A DNA stretch of 56,931 nucleotides from a virus (Duplodnaviria; Caudoviricetes): IMG/VR virus record IMGVR_UViG_3300030012_002328, positions 1 to 56,931 of that record. One strand, written 5' to 3'. Below the pieces are notes generated by a model that searched no databases, was not told the DNA's origin, and was given only the letters and a program-made list of their open reading frames with translations. The position numbers were made by a program, and so were the translations under genes. Positions within the stretch are counted from its first letter, which is position 1, and the number at the start of each line of letters is the position of its first letter. This document shows, piece by piece, positions 1 through 9,761 of the stretch.

Positions 1-101
1 CCAGTCATCTCTTCGATAGCTTCGGCCATCGCATCGAGTCGGCGGGTGGGTATCTCTTTGATGCCATCGTCTGTTGGAATGTAACCGCACAGGATTTGCT
101 G
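1..101. repeat. Terminal overlap, copy 1 (circular closure)
   Basis: 1-101 matches 56831-56931 except position 3 (A vs G). Confidence 0.97.
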
Positions 102-1001
102 CAACCGGAGAAGCTGTGTCATGGCTTGCTGCGCGATAACCAAGTCGTCGTCGAGCACAAGCATGGCAGTCCGCTTCATTGCCATGTAGTGTGTGGTTTG
201 CTCCGGTGTCATTGACACAGTGCGTGTGGTGTACGTCTTCTCCGGAAGGTCGAGGCAATCTTTTTTCAGCACACGGCTCGAGAACCCGCCGACCTTGTCA
301 GCCAGTTCCGGTAGATTGCGATAGCCAACCACGCGGTTGAATGAGTGTGCGCCCATGTTCTGACGCTTCATGATCGCGTACCGAGCTTGGAACGCGTAGA
401 AGTTATCGTACCCCAGAAGCGACTTATCCAAGAAAGCGCACTGCGCGAACAAGTCCATCGGGCTTTGCGTCACGGGTGAGCCAGTCAGGATACGGCGAAA
501 CTCAGCCTGCTCCGCGAGCCGCGTCACAATCTTCGTGCGCTTGGCTTTCGGATTCTTGATGACTGTGGATTCGTCCACCGCGAACATCACGGTCTGGCCT
601 TCCATAAACTTCTGCACGTACTGAACGCACTTGGTGCTGACAAACGCCTCGACGTTCACGACCAGGATTCGAAGACCGTCGTGATACACCAAGCCTTCTT
701 GTAGTTCTTTGCGTTGTGCTTTGTTTGCTTGGCTGCGCCATGTCACGGTCTGGTGCGGAATGTCGTCCGGCAAATGTATCGGCACTTCCTTCAGCACCCA
801 GTTGCGGTACACGCCCTTCGGTGCTACGACTATCAGTGTCGTTATGCGACCCTGTTGATACAGCCAAGCGGCATTGTCGATCAGCACTTTTGATTTACCA
901 CAGCCCATTTCCATGAAGTAGGCAAAGTTGGTTCGAGCGGCGGAGGCATTGAGTGCGTCGCGCTGATGCTGATACGGCTCTGTCTTATATTGATACTGCA
1001 C
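1..1001 (-). CDS. SNF2-family (SF2) helicase, 5' part; continues across the join to 56389 (about 480 aa in total)
   Basis: Read manually: GTG at 1001 with AGGA upstream, MQYQYKTEPYQHQ..., Walker A MEMGCGKS, DESTVIKN, ILTGSPV. In frame with the 56389..56859 ORF. Missing from the ORF track because it crosses the end. Confidence 0.92.
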   Translation of the reverse strand, partial: MQYQYKTEPYQHQRDALNASAARTNFAYFMEMGCGKSKVLIDNAAWLYQQGRITTLIVVAPKGVYRNWVLKEVPIHLPDDIPHQTVTWRSQANKAQRKELQEGLVYHDGLRILVVNVEAFVSTKCVQYVQKFMEGQTVMFAVDESTVIKNPKAKRTKIVTRLAEQAEFRRILTGSPVTQSPMDLFAQCAFLDKSLLGYDNFYAFQARYAIMKRQNMGAHSFNRVVGYRNLPELADKVGGFSSRVLKKDCLDLPEKTYTTRTVSMTPEQTTHYMAMKRTAMLVLDDDLVIAQQAMTQLLRLQQILCGYIPTDDGIKEIPTRRLDAMAEAIEEMT

Positions 1002-1023
1002 AGAAAATCCTAAAAAATAACTA

Positions 1024-1061
1024 CTTGACATGAGATAGCATGGTCTATATACCTAGTCAAG
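1024..1061. promoter_or_regulatory. Overlapping divergent sigma70-like promoters between SNF2 helicase and replication operon
   Basis: TTGACA-17-TATACC on +; TTGACT-17-TATCTC on -. Confidence 0.55.
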
Positions 1062-1096
1062 TCTCTCCTAGAGATGATGTTTATTTTTGAAAAGAC

Positions 1097-1165
1097 GTAG
1101 CGGGGCGGTTTTCTTGGATGGTTAGCTGCCCCGTTACACCCAAAGCCGACGGGCTATAAACGGGA
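1097..1165 (+). promoter_or_regulatory. Structured 5' leader of the replication operon
   Basis: 14-bp stem GTAGCGGGGCGGTT/AGCTGCCCCGTTAC with G-U pairs only on +, followed by a small CCC..GCC-GACG-GGC..GGG element. Confidence 0.5.
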
Positions 1166-1191
1166 ACGTAGAAACTAGAAGGAGTGTCCAA

Positions 1192-1749
1192 ATGAGTGGA
1201 CTTTTCGATGAGATGGAAGCAGACGCGTCAGCGTTTGATGAAGTCAAAACAGAGGCCGGGGCCAAGTTGTCCGACCTCATTCGAGAGGCGCAGCGTCAGT
1301 CTGCGCTTCAAGAAGAACATGAGCAAGGTGCTAAAGATGCCAAGAAAGAGTATCACCGCATCACTCGTGAACTCATCCCCGCAGAAATGGAAGCAATGGG
1401 CTTAGAGCGTGTAGACGTTGATGGTAACTCCATCAGTCTGCAGCAGTTTGTCTATGCGTCCATTCCGGCGACTCGCAAAGAGGAAGCGTATAACTTCCTG
1501 CGGTCTATCGGCGAGGACGATATTATCAAGAACGAAGTAGTCGTGCAGTTTGGCCGAGGCCAAGACAATCAGGCTGGTGCGTTCTTTGATGATTGCAGCC
1601 AACAGGGTCTTGACCCTGCCCAAAAACAATCGATTCATCCGATGACATTGAAGGGCTGGCTGAAAACCCGCATGGAGCAGGGACAGGAAACTGACCTTGA
1701 CCTGTTCGGTGCGTATGTTGGAACCGAAGCGAAGATCAAAAGGAAGTAA
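1192..1749 (+). CDS. Conserved phage replication-module protein, function unknown
   Basis: 185 aa, AAGGAG RBS, N-terminal coiled coil, first gene of the operon. Confidence 0.8.
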   Translation: MSGLFDEMEADASAFDEVKTEAGAKLSDLIREAQRQSALQEEHEQGAKDAKKEYHRITRELIPAEMEAMGLERVDVDGNSISLQQFVYASIPATRKEEAYNFLRSIGEDDIIKNEVVVQFGRGQDNQAGAFFDDCSQQGLDPAQKQSIHPMTLKGWLKTRMEQGQETDLDLFGAYVGTEAKIKRK

Positions 1750-1755
1750 ATCGCT

Positions 1756-2559
1756 ATGAGTGAAACTAAAGAAGTAGCTGTCAAGAAAACGACAGACGTT
1801 GCGTTGCCAGCCGAGATGCTGGGCGCATTCATTGAAGACGCAGGCGCAGGTACTGAAAACATCGGTGCCGATGACATGAAGATTCCGTTCATTCGGGTCA
1901 TTCAATCTGTGTCGCCACAACTGAAGAAGAAGGACGGTGAGCATATCGCAGGCGCAGAGGCTGGTGATGTGTTCAACACAGTCACGAAACAACTTTGGAA
2001 AGGCGAAGACGGGGTCTTGGTTATCCCGTGTGGCTATACAAAGAAGTTCTTGGAGTTCGGCCCGTACGACCAAGGCGGTGGGTTCAAAGGTGAGCTTGCT
2101 CCCAATGACCCGCGTGTCCTCGGTGCGACCCGTGTCGGCAACAAGGATATCTTGGACAACGGTAACGAGTTGGTAACGTCCGCTCAACACTATGTCCAGA
2201 TTCAAGACCCGAGTAACGGGACTTGGCAAACTGCAATCATTGACATGAAGTCGACGAACCTGAAGATTTCGCGTCAGTGGAATACGATGATTTCCATGCA
2301 GCAGGCGCAAGCAAACGGCAAGACCTTCAAGGTTCCGAGCTTCGGTTGCATTTGGAAGTTAGAGACCGATGAGTTCTCGAATGACATGGGTAGCTGGAAC
2401 GCTTGGAAGATTACCGGACGTGAATGCTACGTAGAGGATTCAGAGCTCTACAACTCTTGTAAAGAGTTCAGCAAGATGGTGAGTGAAGGAGAGGTTGCTG
2501 CAGCACCCGATCCGGATTTGGAAGAAGTTAGTACTGACACCAGCGACGCACCGTTCTAA
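1756..2559 (+). CDS. Putative single-stranded DNA-binding/annealing protein
   Basis: 267 aa acidic protein upstream of primase; ends in acidic SSB-type tail EEVSTDTSDAPF. Confidence 0.6.
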   Translation: MSETKEVAVKKTTDVALPAEMLGAFIEDAGAGTENIGADDMKIPFIRVIQSVSPQLKKKDGEHIAGAEAGDVFNTVTKQLWKGEDGVLVIPCGYTKKFLEFGPYDQGGGFKGELAPNDPRVLGATRVGNKDILDNGNELVTSAQHYVQIQDPSNGTWQTAIIDMKSTNLKISRQWNTMISMQQAQANGKTFKVPSFGCIWKLETDEFSNDMGSWNAWKITGRECYVEDSELYNSCKEFSKMVSEGEVAAAPDPDLEEVSTDTSDAPF

Positions 2560-2565
2560 GCTGCC

Positions 2566-2607
2566 GGAGGTGGGAATCTTGGAGAAGGAGTTCCCACCTC
2601 CATTTTT
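2566..2607 (+). terminator. Intrinsic terminator/attenuator between SSB-like gene and primase
   Basis: Stem GGAGGTGGGAA/TTCCCACCTCC followed by ATTTTT. Confidence 0.65.
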
Positions 2608-2615
2608 ACAAGAGG

Positions 2616-4154
2616 TTGCCAATGAATACCATCAAAAGGTTCATGGCTGCTTTCGAAGGATTTGAGACAGCACATGGACAGACTACGATTAAAGGAACAC
2701 GCAAAAACGGCAAAGAAGAAGCTGATAGCCGTGTTATCCGAACTCCGCTCGACGAAACCCACATCAAGAAACATTTCGACGGGACTGTCGGGGCCGGAGC
2801 TATTCCGATTAATTCCACAAATAACTGCCACTTTGGTTGTATCGATGTGGATGTTTACCCACTTGATCATGCTGCTCTTGTTGGGCAGTGCGATGCTCTT
2901 GATTGCCCTGCCATTGTATGCCGCAGCAAGAGTGGTGGAGCGCACATCTATTTCTTCATTGAAGGGTGGATATCTGCAGCGGATATGCGAGACAAGCTAT
3001 CCGAAATTGCTGCTGCTTTGGGCTACGGTTCGGCAGAAATTTTTCCGAAACAAGAAAAACTTTTAGTCGAACGCGGCGACGTAGGGAACTTTATCAACCT
3101 GCCGTACTTCGGTGGTGATCGCACACTGCGTCCTGCATACAACAGCAAGGCGCAAGAACTGTCGCTCGAAGAGTTTCTCGACTTTGTCGATGAGCAGACC
3201 ATTCGGCCTGAGAAGTTTATGGGGCTACAGCTAGGCTCCGAGACAGACTTCCTGCCGGAGTGTCCGCCGTGCTTGGTCAAGCTGACCAACATGGGTATCG
3301 GCGAAGGTAATCGTAACGAGACCATGTTCAATATCGGCGTAATGTATCAGAAGATGGACCCCGACAACTGGCAGGGTTTGCTCGAGCAGCACAACGTGCA
3401 GTACGTCAACCCGCCGCTGCCTGCGTCTGAGATTGTGCAGATACAAGACCAGCTAACCAAGAAGGAGTATCAGTACGGCTGCAAGAAGTCGCCGCTGAAG
3501 GATTACTGTAACAAGTCACTGTGCCTTACAAAGGCGTACGGCGTTGGTAACGGCTCTCTCAGGTCGCTTGAAATCACAGGCATGAGTGTTGTGCTATCGG
3601 AACCACGCGTGTGGTTCGTAGATATCGGCGGCGAACGCTTAGAGTTGACCAGCGAGGACGTGCAAATGCAGTTGAAGTTTGGTCGCGCTTGTCTCGAACA
3701 GCTTGGCTGGCTACCGCCGCGTATGAAAGAGTCTGACTGGACTACTATCATGAACAACGCGCTACAGGACTGCATGAAGATTGAAGTGCCGCCGGAACTG
3801 ACAAACAAAGGCCAGTTCCAAGACTTGCTTGAGTCTTTCTGTTCTGGTCGCGTACAGGCAATGTCTCCGGAAGAACTTATTTTGGGCAAGCCTTACGTCG
3901 AAGAGGGCAAGGTCTTCTTCAAGCTGGATGCTTTGATGGACTTTCTTAAAACCAAAAACTTCAGTCAGTATACACGCGGTCAGGTGCAGGAGCGTCTAAA
4001 AGAACTTAACAACGGCAATTCCTCAAGTGTGACCAAGTCATTTCGAGACAGGGCAGGCAAGACTAAAGCGGTTCGTGTTTGGTCGGTGCCGGAGTTCGAT
4101 CCCGACATGGATATACCCGCTGTTGATATCAAAGGTGAGGAGGTGCCTTTCTAA
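2616..4154 (+). CDS. AEP-superfamily primase(-polymerase) with PriCT-like domain
   Basis: Motif I CIDVD, motif II RSKSGGAHIYF, PriCT-like CPPCL..GEGNRNETMF. Confidence 0.8.
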   Translation: MPMNTIKRFMAAFEGFETAHGQTTIKGTRKNGKEEADSRVIRTPLDETHIKKHFDGTVGAGAIPINSTNNCHFGCIDVDVYPLDHAALVGQCDALDCPAIVCRSKSGGAHIYFFIEGWISAADMRDKLSEIAAALGYGSAEIFPKQEKLLVERGDVGNFINLPYFGGDRTLRPAYNSKAQELSLEEFLDFVDEQTIRPEKFMGLQLGSETDFLPECPPCLVKLTNMGIGEGNRNETMFNIGVMYQKMDPDNWQGLLEQHNVQYVNPPLPASEIVQIQDQLTKKEYQYGCKKSPLKDYCNKSLCLTKAYGVGNGSLRSLEITGMSVVLSEPRVWFVDIGGERLELTSEDVQMQLKFGRACLEQLGWLPPRMKESDWTTIMNNALQDCMKIEVPPELTNKGQFQDLLESFCSGRVQAMSPEELILGKPYVEEGKVFFKLDALMDFLKTKNFSQYTRGQVQERLKELNNGNSSSVTKSFRDRAGKTKAVRVWSVPEFDPDMDIPAVDIKGEEVPF

Positions 4155-5701
4155 TGACAACGACTTCTTATTTCGGTCCGCCGGGCACCGGTAAAACTTT
4201 TACGTTGATGAACATAGTTAGTAACTATTTAGAGCAGGGCAGTGAGCCGGAGCGTATTGGCTTTGTGTCGTTTAGTAAAAAGGCAACAGAAGAAGCACGT
4301 AATCGCGCTGCGTCTGAGTTGAACCTCGACTACAAACGGATGCCGTACTTTCGTACGCTGCACTCATTGGCGTTTCGTCAACTTAGTCTGAAGATTGAAG
4401 ACGTTATGCGTGGTGCAGACTATCGTCGTCTCGAAGAAATGATAGGCATGGAGTTTCTTTCTACCTCGTCGATGTCTCTTAACGACGGCGAGTTCTTCCG
4501 GATGGGCAGCAAGGGCGATATGTATCTTGGTGTCTACAACATGGCGCGGGTGCGTGGCATACCTGTCGAGCAGCAGTTTCATGAGACCGCCAACTTTAGT
4601 TTGCGGCTGAACGAACTTGAGCACATTGTTCGAAGCTACGAAGACTACAAGCAAGCGGCGGAGAAAATTGACTTCACGGATATGATCCGTCTGTTCATCG
4701 AGAACGGTGAGGCCCCGAAGCTGGACGCGCTAATCGTCGATGAGGCGCAAGACCTTGTTCCGTTGCAGTGGCAGATGGTGGACAAGCTTGCACAAAACGC
4801 TAGTGATGTTTTCTACGCCGGAGACGATGACCAAGCCATCTACGAATGGATGGGTGTTAATCCCAAAGACTTCATCGAGCGCAGCATGGACACAGACAAC
4901 CAGTTCACGCTCGGTCAAAGCTTTAGGGTTCCGCAAGAGGTGCATAAGTTTGCTACCAGCATTACGGACTCGATGCACACTCGTATTGATAAGGCTTACG
5001 AGCCGCGTGAAGAACCGGGATCCGTGTCGTATCATTATGATATCGATGAGCTTGATTTACAGAATGGTGAGTGGATGATCCTGTGCCGGACAAACTATAT
5101 CGCCAATAAGCTGGCGGGTCAGTTGAAAACAATGGGTCATTTGTTCTGGCGGACTGGTAACGGCTGGAGCGTATCAAGTCGCACACTTAACGCTGTGCGG
5201 AACTGGACTAAGCTGACACGTGGTGAGTCTCTGGGCTTATCCGAGTTTCAAGAACTTTGGACTATGCTGAAGATTGACCGGTACAAGAAACGTGCAGGCA
5301 ATAAGAAGATTAAAGAAGCTCCGAAGGGCGACATGCTTGAAGACGCACGTGACACATTCGACATGAACTTTGTTACGGATATTCTGGGCGAGGATGTACG
5401 AGAAAAAATCTGGTACGAGATTTTAGATGTTCAAGCAAAGGAACGTGTGTATATTACTAGTGTATTGGAATCTGGTGAAAAATTTGACGACGACAATCCC
5501 CGTATTGTTCTGTCTACTATTCATAAGGCAAAGGGCGGCGAGGCCGACAACGTCGCTTTGTTTCTTCAATCATCGAAAGCTTGTTGCACGATGGGTGACC
5601 CAGATTGCGAGAGGCGTGTGTTCTATGTGGGGGCAACACGCGCCAAACAAAACTTGCATATTATTGAGTCCCGCGATGCACGATGGAGCTTTCGTATATG
5701 A
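4154..5701 (+). CDS. UvrD/Rep-like SF1 DNA helicase
   Basis: GPPGTGKT, DEAQD, GDDDQAIY, STIHKAKGGEAD, YVGATRAK. Confidence 0.93.
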   Translation: MTTTSYFGPPGTGKTFTLMNIVSNYLEQGSEPERIGFVSFSKKATEEARNRAASELNLDYKRMPYFRTLHSLAFRQLSLKIEDVMRGADYRRLEEMIGMEFLSTSSMSLNDGEFFRMGSKGDMYLGVYNMARVRGIPVEQQFHETANFSLRLNELEHIVRSYEDYKQAAEKIDFTDMIRLFIENGEAPKLDALIVDEAQDLVPLQWQMVDKLAQNASDVFYAGDDDQAIYEWMGVNPKDFIERSMDTDNQFTLGQSFRVPQEVHKFATSITDSMHTRIDKAYEPREEPGSVSYHYDIDELDLQNGEWMILCRTNYIANKLAGQLKTMGHLFWRTGNGWSVSSRTLNAVRNWTKLTRGESLGLSEFQELWTMLKIDRYKKRAGNKKIKEAPKGDMLEDARDTFDMNFVTDILGEDVREKIWYEILDVQAKERVYITSVLESGEKFDDDNPRIVLSTIHKAKGGEADNVALFLQSSKACCTMGDPDCERRVFYVGATRAKQNLHIIESRDARWSFRI

Positions 5702-7656
5702 AGAAGACTGACCAACTCTCTTTCGCAGCCCGTATGACTTCGGCATTACCGGATGAAGATATCCGTGAAGTGGCTACAGTTTCTCTTGATCAAGACTGGA
5801 CACCACCGTCTATCTTCCCCGATCACTACAAAGACGCGGACATAATCTCGATTGACTTGGAGACCCGAGATCCGAGTCTCATGCAGCTTGGACCAGGTTG
5901 GTGCCGAGACGATGGATACATTGTGGGCTTCGCTGTAGCGTTCAATGACTTCGTTGGATACTACCCTATCCGGCACGAGGGCGGTGGTAACCTGCCTGAG
6001 AAAGCAGTTATGAGCTACATTAAAGACATGATGGAGTGCGATGTGCCGAAGGTCATGCACAACGCTCAATATGACTTGGGCTGGCTGCGGTGGGCAGGAA
6101 TAAAGGTAAACGGTAAAGTATACGACACAATGACTGCCGCTGCAGTATTGAATGAAAACCGAAGGTGGTACAATCTAGATGGTTTGGCTCGTGAATATTT
6201 GTCTGAGAGCAAGAATGAGCGGCTTCTCCGGTTGGCTGCGGCTGACTACGGCGTGGATCCCAAAGCAGATATGTGGCGGCTACCGTCTCGGTTTGTTGGA
6301 ACATATGCCGAACAGGACGCTGCGGTTACACGCCGCCTGTGGGAGAGGCTCAAGACTGATATACTTAAAGAAGAAGTCTCCAACATATTCGAACTCGAGA
6401 CAGCCCTGACTCCGATGCTCTTGGAGATGCGCTGGCGCGGTGTACGGGTCGACGAAGAAGGCGCGGAGCGAGCACAGGGACAGCTTGAGGCTCGTGAGAA
6501 AGAAATACTGAAAGCAATCAAGGACGAGACAGGTGTTTGGGTAGAGCCGTGGAATGCCAACTCTATCGCCACTGTGTTCGACAGTCTTGATCTTAGCTAC
6601 CCACGCACAGAAAAAACTGACGCACCGTCATTTACTAAACAGTTCTTGGCGGCACACGAACACCCGACAGCCAAGCAAATTGTGCGGCTGCGCGAACTGA
6701 ACAAAGCGAGTACAACCTTTATTAGAAACATTCTAAAGTTCTCTAATAACGGCAGGATACACGCAGAATTTCATCCTCTTCGTTCAGATGAGGGTGGAAC
6801 GGTCACGGGGCGGTTTAGCTCCTCTAACCCCAACTTACAGCAAATACCGGCTCGTGACCCAGAAATTAAGTCGCTTATTCGTGGTTTGTTCCTACCGGAA
6901 GAAGGTGAGAAGTGGGGCAGCTTTGACTACGCGTCACAAGAACCTCGTTGGTTGGCACACTATTGTGCCTCCATCACTGGCGTACACCGTCACCCCAGTA
7001 TCGACGAAGTGGTAGAACGGTACAAAGCAGATAACGCGGACTTCCACCAGATGGTAGCTGACATGGCTGGCATCTCTCGTAAAGATGCCAAGACTGTGAA
7101 CTTGGGTATCATGTACGGTATGGGCGTGAATAAGATGGCTGGTGTCTTGGATACCACAGTGCAAGAGGCTAAAGAACTTTTGTCGGAGTATCACAACCGC
7201 GTTCCCTTCGTGAAGGGTCTGGCTACAATGGTGTCCAACCACGCCAATGAGTCTGGCATCATTCGCACAGTCAAAGGCCGTAAGTGTCGGTTCGATATGT
7301 GGGAGCCCAAGACGTTTGGTGTCCACAAGCCGCTGCCTTTGGAGCAAGCGCAAAAAGAATATGGTGGGCGTGGTTCTATCAAACGTGCGTTTACTTACAA
7401 GGCTTTGAATCGACTGATTCAAGGTTCGAGTGCCGATCAAACAAAGCAGGCTATGCTGGATTGTTATGACGCTGGGCATCTGCCCATGTTACAAGTGCAT
7501 GATGAACTGTGTTTCAGCATTGATGCAGACGAGCGCGGCAACCCTGATAAGAAACAAATCAAAGAGATTGCTGAGATTATGGAAAACTGTGTCGAGGCAA
7601 AAGTACCCTTCAAGGTTGACTGCGCGGTTGCAGACAACTGGGGGCAAGTAGACTAG
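5698..7656 (+). CDS. polA: Family A DNA polymerase with 3'-5' exonuclease (Leu762 type)
   Basis: ExoI DLET, ExoII HNAQYD, ExoIII YAEQD; motif A DYASQEPR, motif B RKDAKTVNLGIMYG, motif C VHDE. Start moved to the ATGA overlap with the helicase stop. Confidence 0.96.
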   Translation: MKKTDQLSFAARMTSALPDEDIREVATVSLDQDWTPPSIFPDHYKDADIISIDLETRDPSLMQLGPGWCRDDGYIVGFAVAFNDFVGYYPIRHEGGGNLPEKAVMSYIKDMMECDVPKVMHNAQYDLGWLRWAGIKVNGKVYDTMTAAAVLNENRRWYNLDGLAREYLSESKNERLLRLAAADYGVDPKADMWRLPSRFVGTYAEQDAAVTRRLWERLKTDILKEEVSNIFELETALTPMLLEMRWRGVRVDEEGAERAQGQLEAREKEILKAIKDETGVWVEPWNANSIATVFDSLDLSYPRTEKTDAPSFTKQFLAAHEHPTAKQIVRLRELNKASTTFIRNILKFSNNGRIHAEFHPLRSDEGGTVTGRFSSSNPNLQQIPARDPEIKSLIRGLFLPEEGEKWGSFDYASQEPRWLAHYCASITGVHRHPSIDEVVERYKADNADFHQMVADMAGISRKDAKTVNLGIMYGMGVNKMAGVLDTTVQEAKELLSEYHNRVPFVKGLATMVSNHANESGIIRTVKGRKCRFDMWEPKTFGVHKPLPLEQAQKEYGGRGSIKRAFTYKALNRLIQGSSADQTKQAMLDCYDAGHLPMLQVHDELCFSIDADERGNPDKKQIKEIAEIMENCVEAKVPFKVDCAVADNWGQVD

Positions 7657-7665
7657 GAGACTACA

Positions 7666-8103
7666 ATGGCTAAAGACCAAATCATTTATCATGTAGAAAA
7701 ATGTTACCTCTATCACTTGTTTGTCTACAAGCCGGTGCAGCCTTTCTACAAAGGCAATCAATCCAAAGATTTTCGTGTAATAATGGACCCGGTCAAGAAG
7801 TTCGAAGGCCACTATGAAGGTGGCGGCTCGGGATGCCAAGACGTTCCCGTAAGTCTAAACGCTCGATACTTTCGATACCCACTAGGGTTACGGACAGTGA
7901 CAGGGCATGGCATTGGTTTCGTGCCAGAGTATCCAGACTTCGAGATGCCTGTAAACTTCGTCGGTATCCGCCTGTTGTTTGGCTGGGAAATATTTGTAAG
8001 TCATACCTTCAACATCGCCCCAACGATTAGCGGTAAGCGAAAGTGGGGTATTCAAGTTACGTTGCACCGTATTCGAAAAGAAGTCATACCGGCTGCTGAA
8101 TGA
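7666..8103 (+). CDS. Hypothetical protein
   Basis: 145 aa, AGGAG RBS, coupled to the next gene. Confidence 0.7.
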   Translation: MAKDQIIYHVEKCYLYHLFVYKPVQPFYKGNQSKDFRVIMDPVKKFEGHYEGGGSGCQDVPVSLNARYFRYPLGLRTVTGHGIGFVPEYPDFEMPVNFVGIRLLFGWEIFVSHTFNIAPTISGKRKWGIQVTLHRIRKEVIPAAE

Positions 8104-8579
8104 TTATCATTGACGACTTCTTGCCTTCTCATTTAACAGGAACCATAGAGCCTGTTACGAAAGATATTCAATGGTGGGATGGGGTGACAAGAACAGAAGC
8201 CGCTCACGATGTTATAGCCTACTGTCGAGATTACTTTAACCTGAATGGTTTTTGCGGTTTTGAGTACTGGTACAATGTAACAACACCCGAGCCTCCGTAT
8301 CCTAATTGGCATAGAGACAAGGACGAAGGTAGCGAAGAAGTCATACTCGCTGACTGGGCTTGTATACTTTACCTGACACCCCATAACTTGTGGGGCGGGT
8401 TTTTAGAACTAGAGACAGCCGACATAACTAGGACAGAGGTAGAGCGTGTAGCTCCGCGTTTCAACAGATGCGTGATCCTAGATCCGGGTGTCTGGCACCG
8501 CGTCTCAAGGGTTTGGTCTGGAAAGCGTCACGCTTTCTTGATAAACGGCTGGGTGAACCCACCTACTGCAGCGGGTTAG
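8100..8579 (+). CDS. 2OG-Fe(II) oxygenase
   Basis: HxD (WHRD), GG-x-L, distal H (WHRV) and R (KRHAF). Confidence 0.8.
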   Translation: MIIIDDFLPSHLTGTIEPVTKDIQWWDGVTRTEAAHDVIAYCRDYFNLNGFCGFEYWYNVTTPEPPYPNWHRDKDEGSEEVILADWACILYLTPHNLWGGFLELETADITRTEVERVAPRFNRCVILDPGVWHRVSRVWSGKRHAFLINGWVNPPTAAG

Positions 8580-8970
8580 ACAGAGCGTCTAGCCCCTTCC
8601 AGATATCATCAATTTCACGGTTGATTTTCTTGAAGCGACCACCAATGCCGTCCACTTTTTCTTTGAACTGTTGAACCAGTAAATCGTTCTCGACGGTTGT
8701 CTTCTCTACCTCGGCAATCCGGTCACGCAGATCGAGCAACTGCTTTTGGTTTTCCATAATCGTTTCGAGGTTCGTGCCGAGCACTGTTAGCTTTTCTGCT
8801 GTGTCACCATTGCCAGCGACTGCGGCCTCCACAGACTCGATCCGCCCGTAAAACTCCGCGACTGCCCATATACCGCCAGCTAGGGTAGTGCCGATAGACA
8901 ATACGATTGCAATCCATACGCCACGAAGCTTCGTGCCGCCGATTGTTAGTTCGGTTTCTTCTAGGCTCAT
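8563..8970 (-). CDS. Membrane-anchored coiled-coil protein
   Basis: N-terminal hydrophobic helix (VWIAIVLSIGTTLAGGIWAV) then heptad-rich region. Confidence 0.75.
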   Translation of the reverse strand: MSLEETELTIGGTKLRGVWIAIVLSIGTTLAGGIWAVAEFYGRIESVEAAVAGNGDTAEKLTVLGTNLETIMENQKQLLDLRDRIAEVEKTTVENDLLVQQFKEKVDGIGGRFKKINREIDDIWKGLDALSNPLQ

Positions 8971-9761
8971 TGATACATGTAGGCTTGCTGGTCGGCATAA
9001 ATTGCCTCACCCTCACCCAACACATCAGCAGCAGAAACATAGTCGCCAGTCAGGAAGTCATGAAACGATATGTTGCCAATGTTGGTTGTCCATTCAACAC
9101 TCAGTATGTCGTTGGTAGCGGAATAGGAGATAGATGCCTCGGCCATAGACTGACCATAATCTTGTGCGTGTTCGTCTGAGATACTGGTCAGTGCTTCGTT
9201 CTTCGACGCAGCCAAGAATGCGCCAGCGTCACGGGCATTGACCGCAATCTCTTCTAGCGACTGGTTATATTCGGCCACGGTCTCTTGTTTGATTTCTACA
9301 TCGTTGACTTCGATGAACTCTTGGACTGCTATTTGATCCTCAACACTGTTCGTCTCTTGTGCGACTTCGGCTACCTCGGCAACCTCCTCTACCATGCTGA
9401 GTTGAACACTCGCGACAACAAAGTTGTCTACAGCTTCGGAAACCTTGACCATTGACTCTTCATACTTCTCTTCAAGAGCCATTTGAGTTGTGTAATACAA
9501 TGCGTTACGTACACCTTCCAACGCGTCTTGGTACGCAGCAATGTCGCCATCGTTGATTATGTATTGCTCATCGTCCACAGCATTATAGTCGATGATGCCA
9601 CCAACGCTGGCGTAGTGTTCTGCGCCATAGACTGCGTAACGGCCTTGCTCAAGCTTCGCTGCAATCGTCCGGCTGGCGTTGACTAGGTTATCAATCGTCG
9701 TCTCGGAGTGTGCTGCGGAAACGCTCAGAAATGCTGAGATTAGAATCGCTGCCTTCTTCAT
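8967..9761 (-). CDS. Exported acidic protein with signal peptide
   Basis: Start reassigned to MKKAAILISAFLSVSAAHS (AAGGA RBS); 264 aa. Confidence 0.75.
   Translation of the reverse strand: MKKAAILISAFLSVSAAHSETTIDNLVNASRTIAAKLEQGRYAVYGAEHYASVGGIIDYNAVDDEQYIINDGDIAAYQDALEGVRNALYYTTQMALEEKYEESMVKVSEAVDNFVVASVQLSMVEEVAEVAEVAQETNSVEDQIAVQEFIEVNDVEIKQETVAEYNQSLEEIAVNARDAGAFLAASKNEALTSISDEHAQDYGQSMAEASISYSATNDILSVEWTTNIGNISFHDFLTGDYVSAADVLGEGEAIYADQQAYMYQ

Noticed and set aside
1-101. True direct terminal repeat
   Set aside because: It falls mid-gene and looks like an assembly overlap; no terminus-like features nearby.
502-916. ORF-track calls 502..867 and 716..916
   Set aside because: Shadow frames of the SNF2 helicase gene.
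5698-7656. Intein, intron or DnaJ-type zinc-finger insertion in PolA
   Set aside because: Motifs are contiguous, size is compact and there are no CxxCxGxG repeats.
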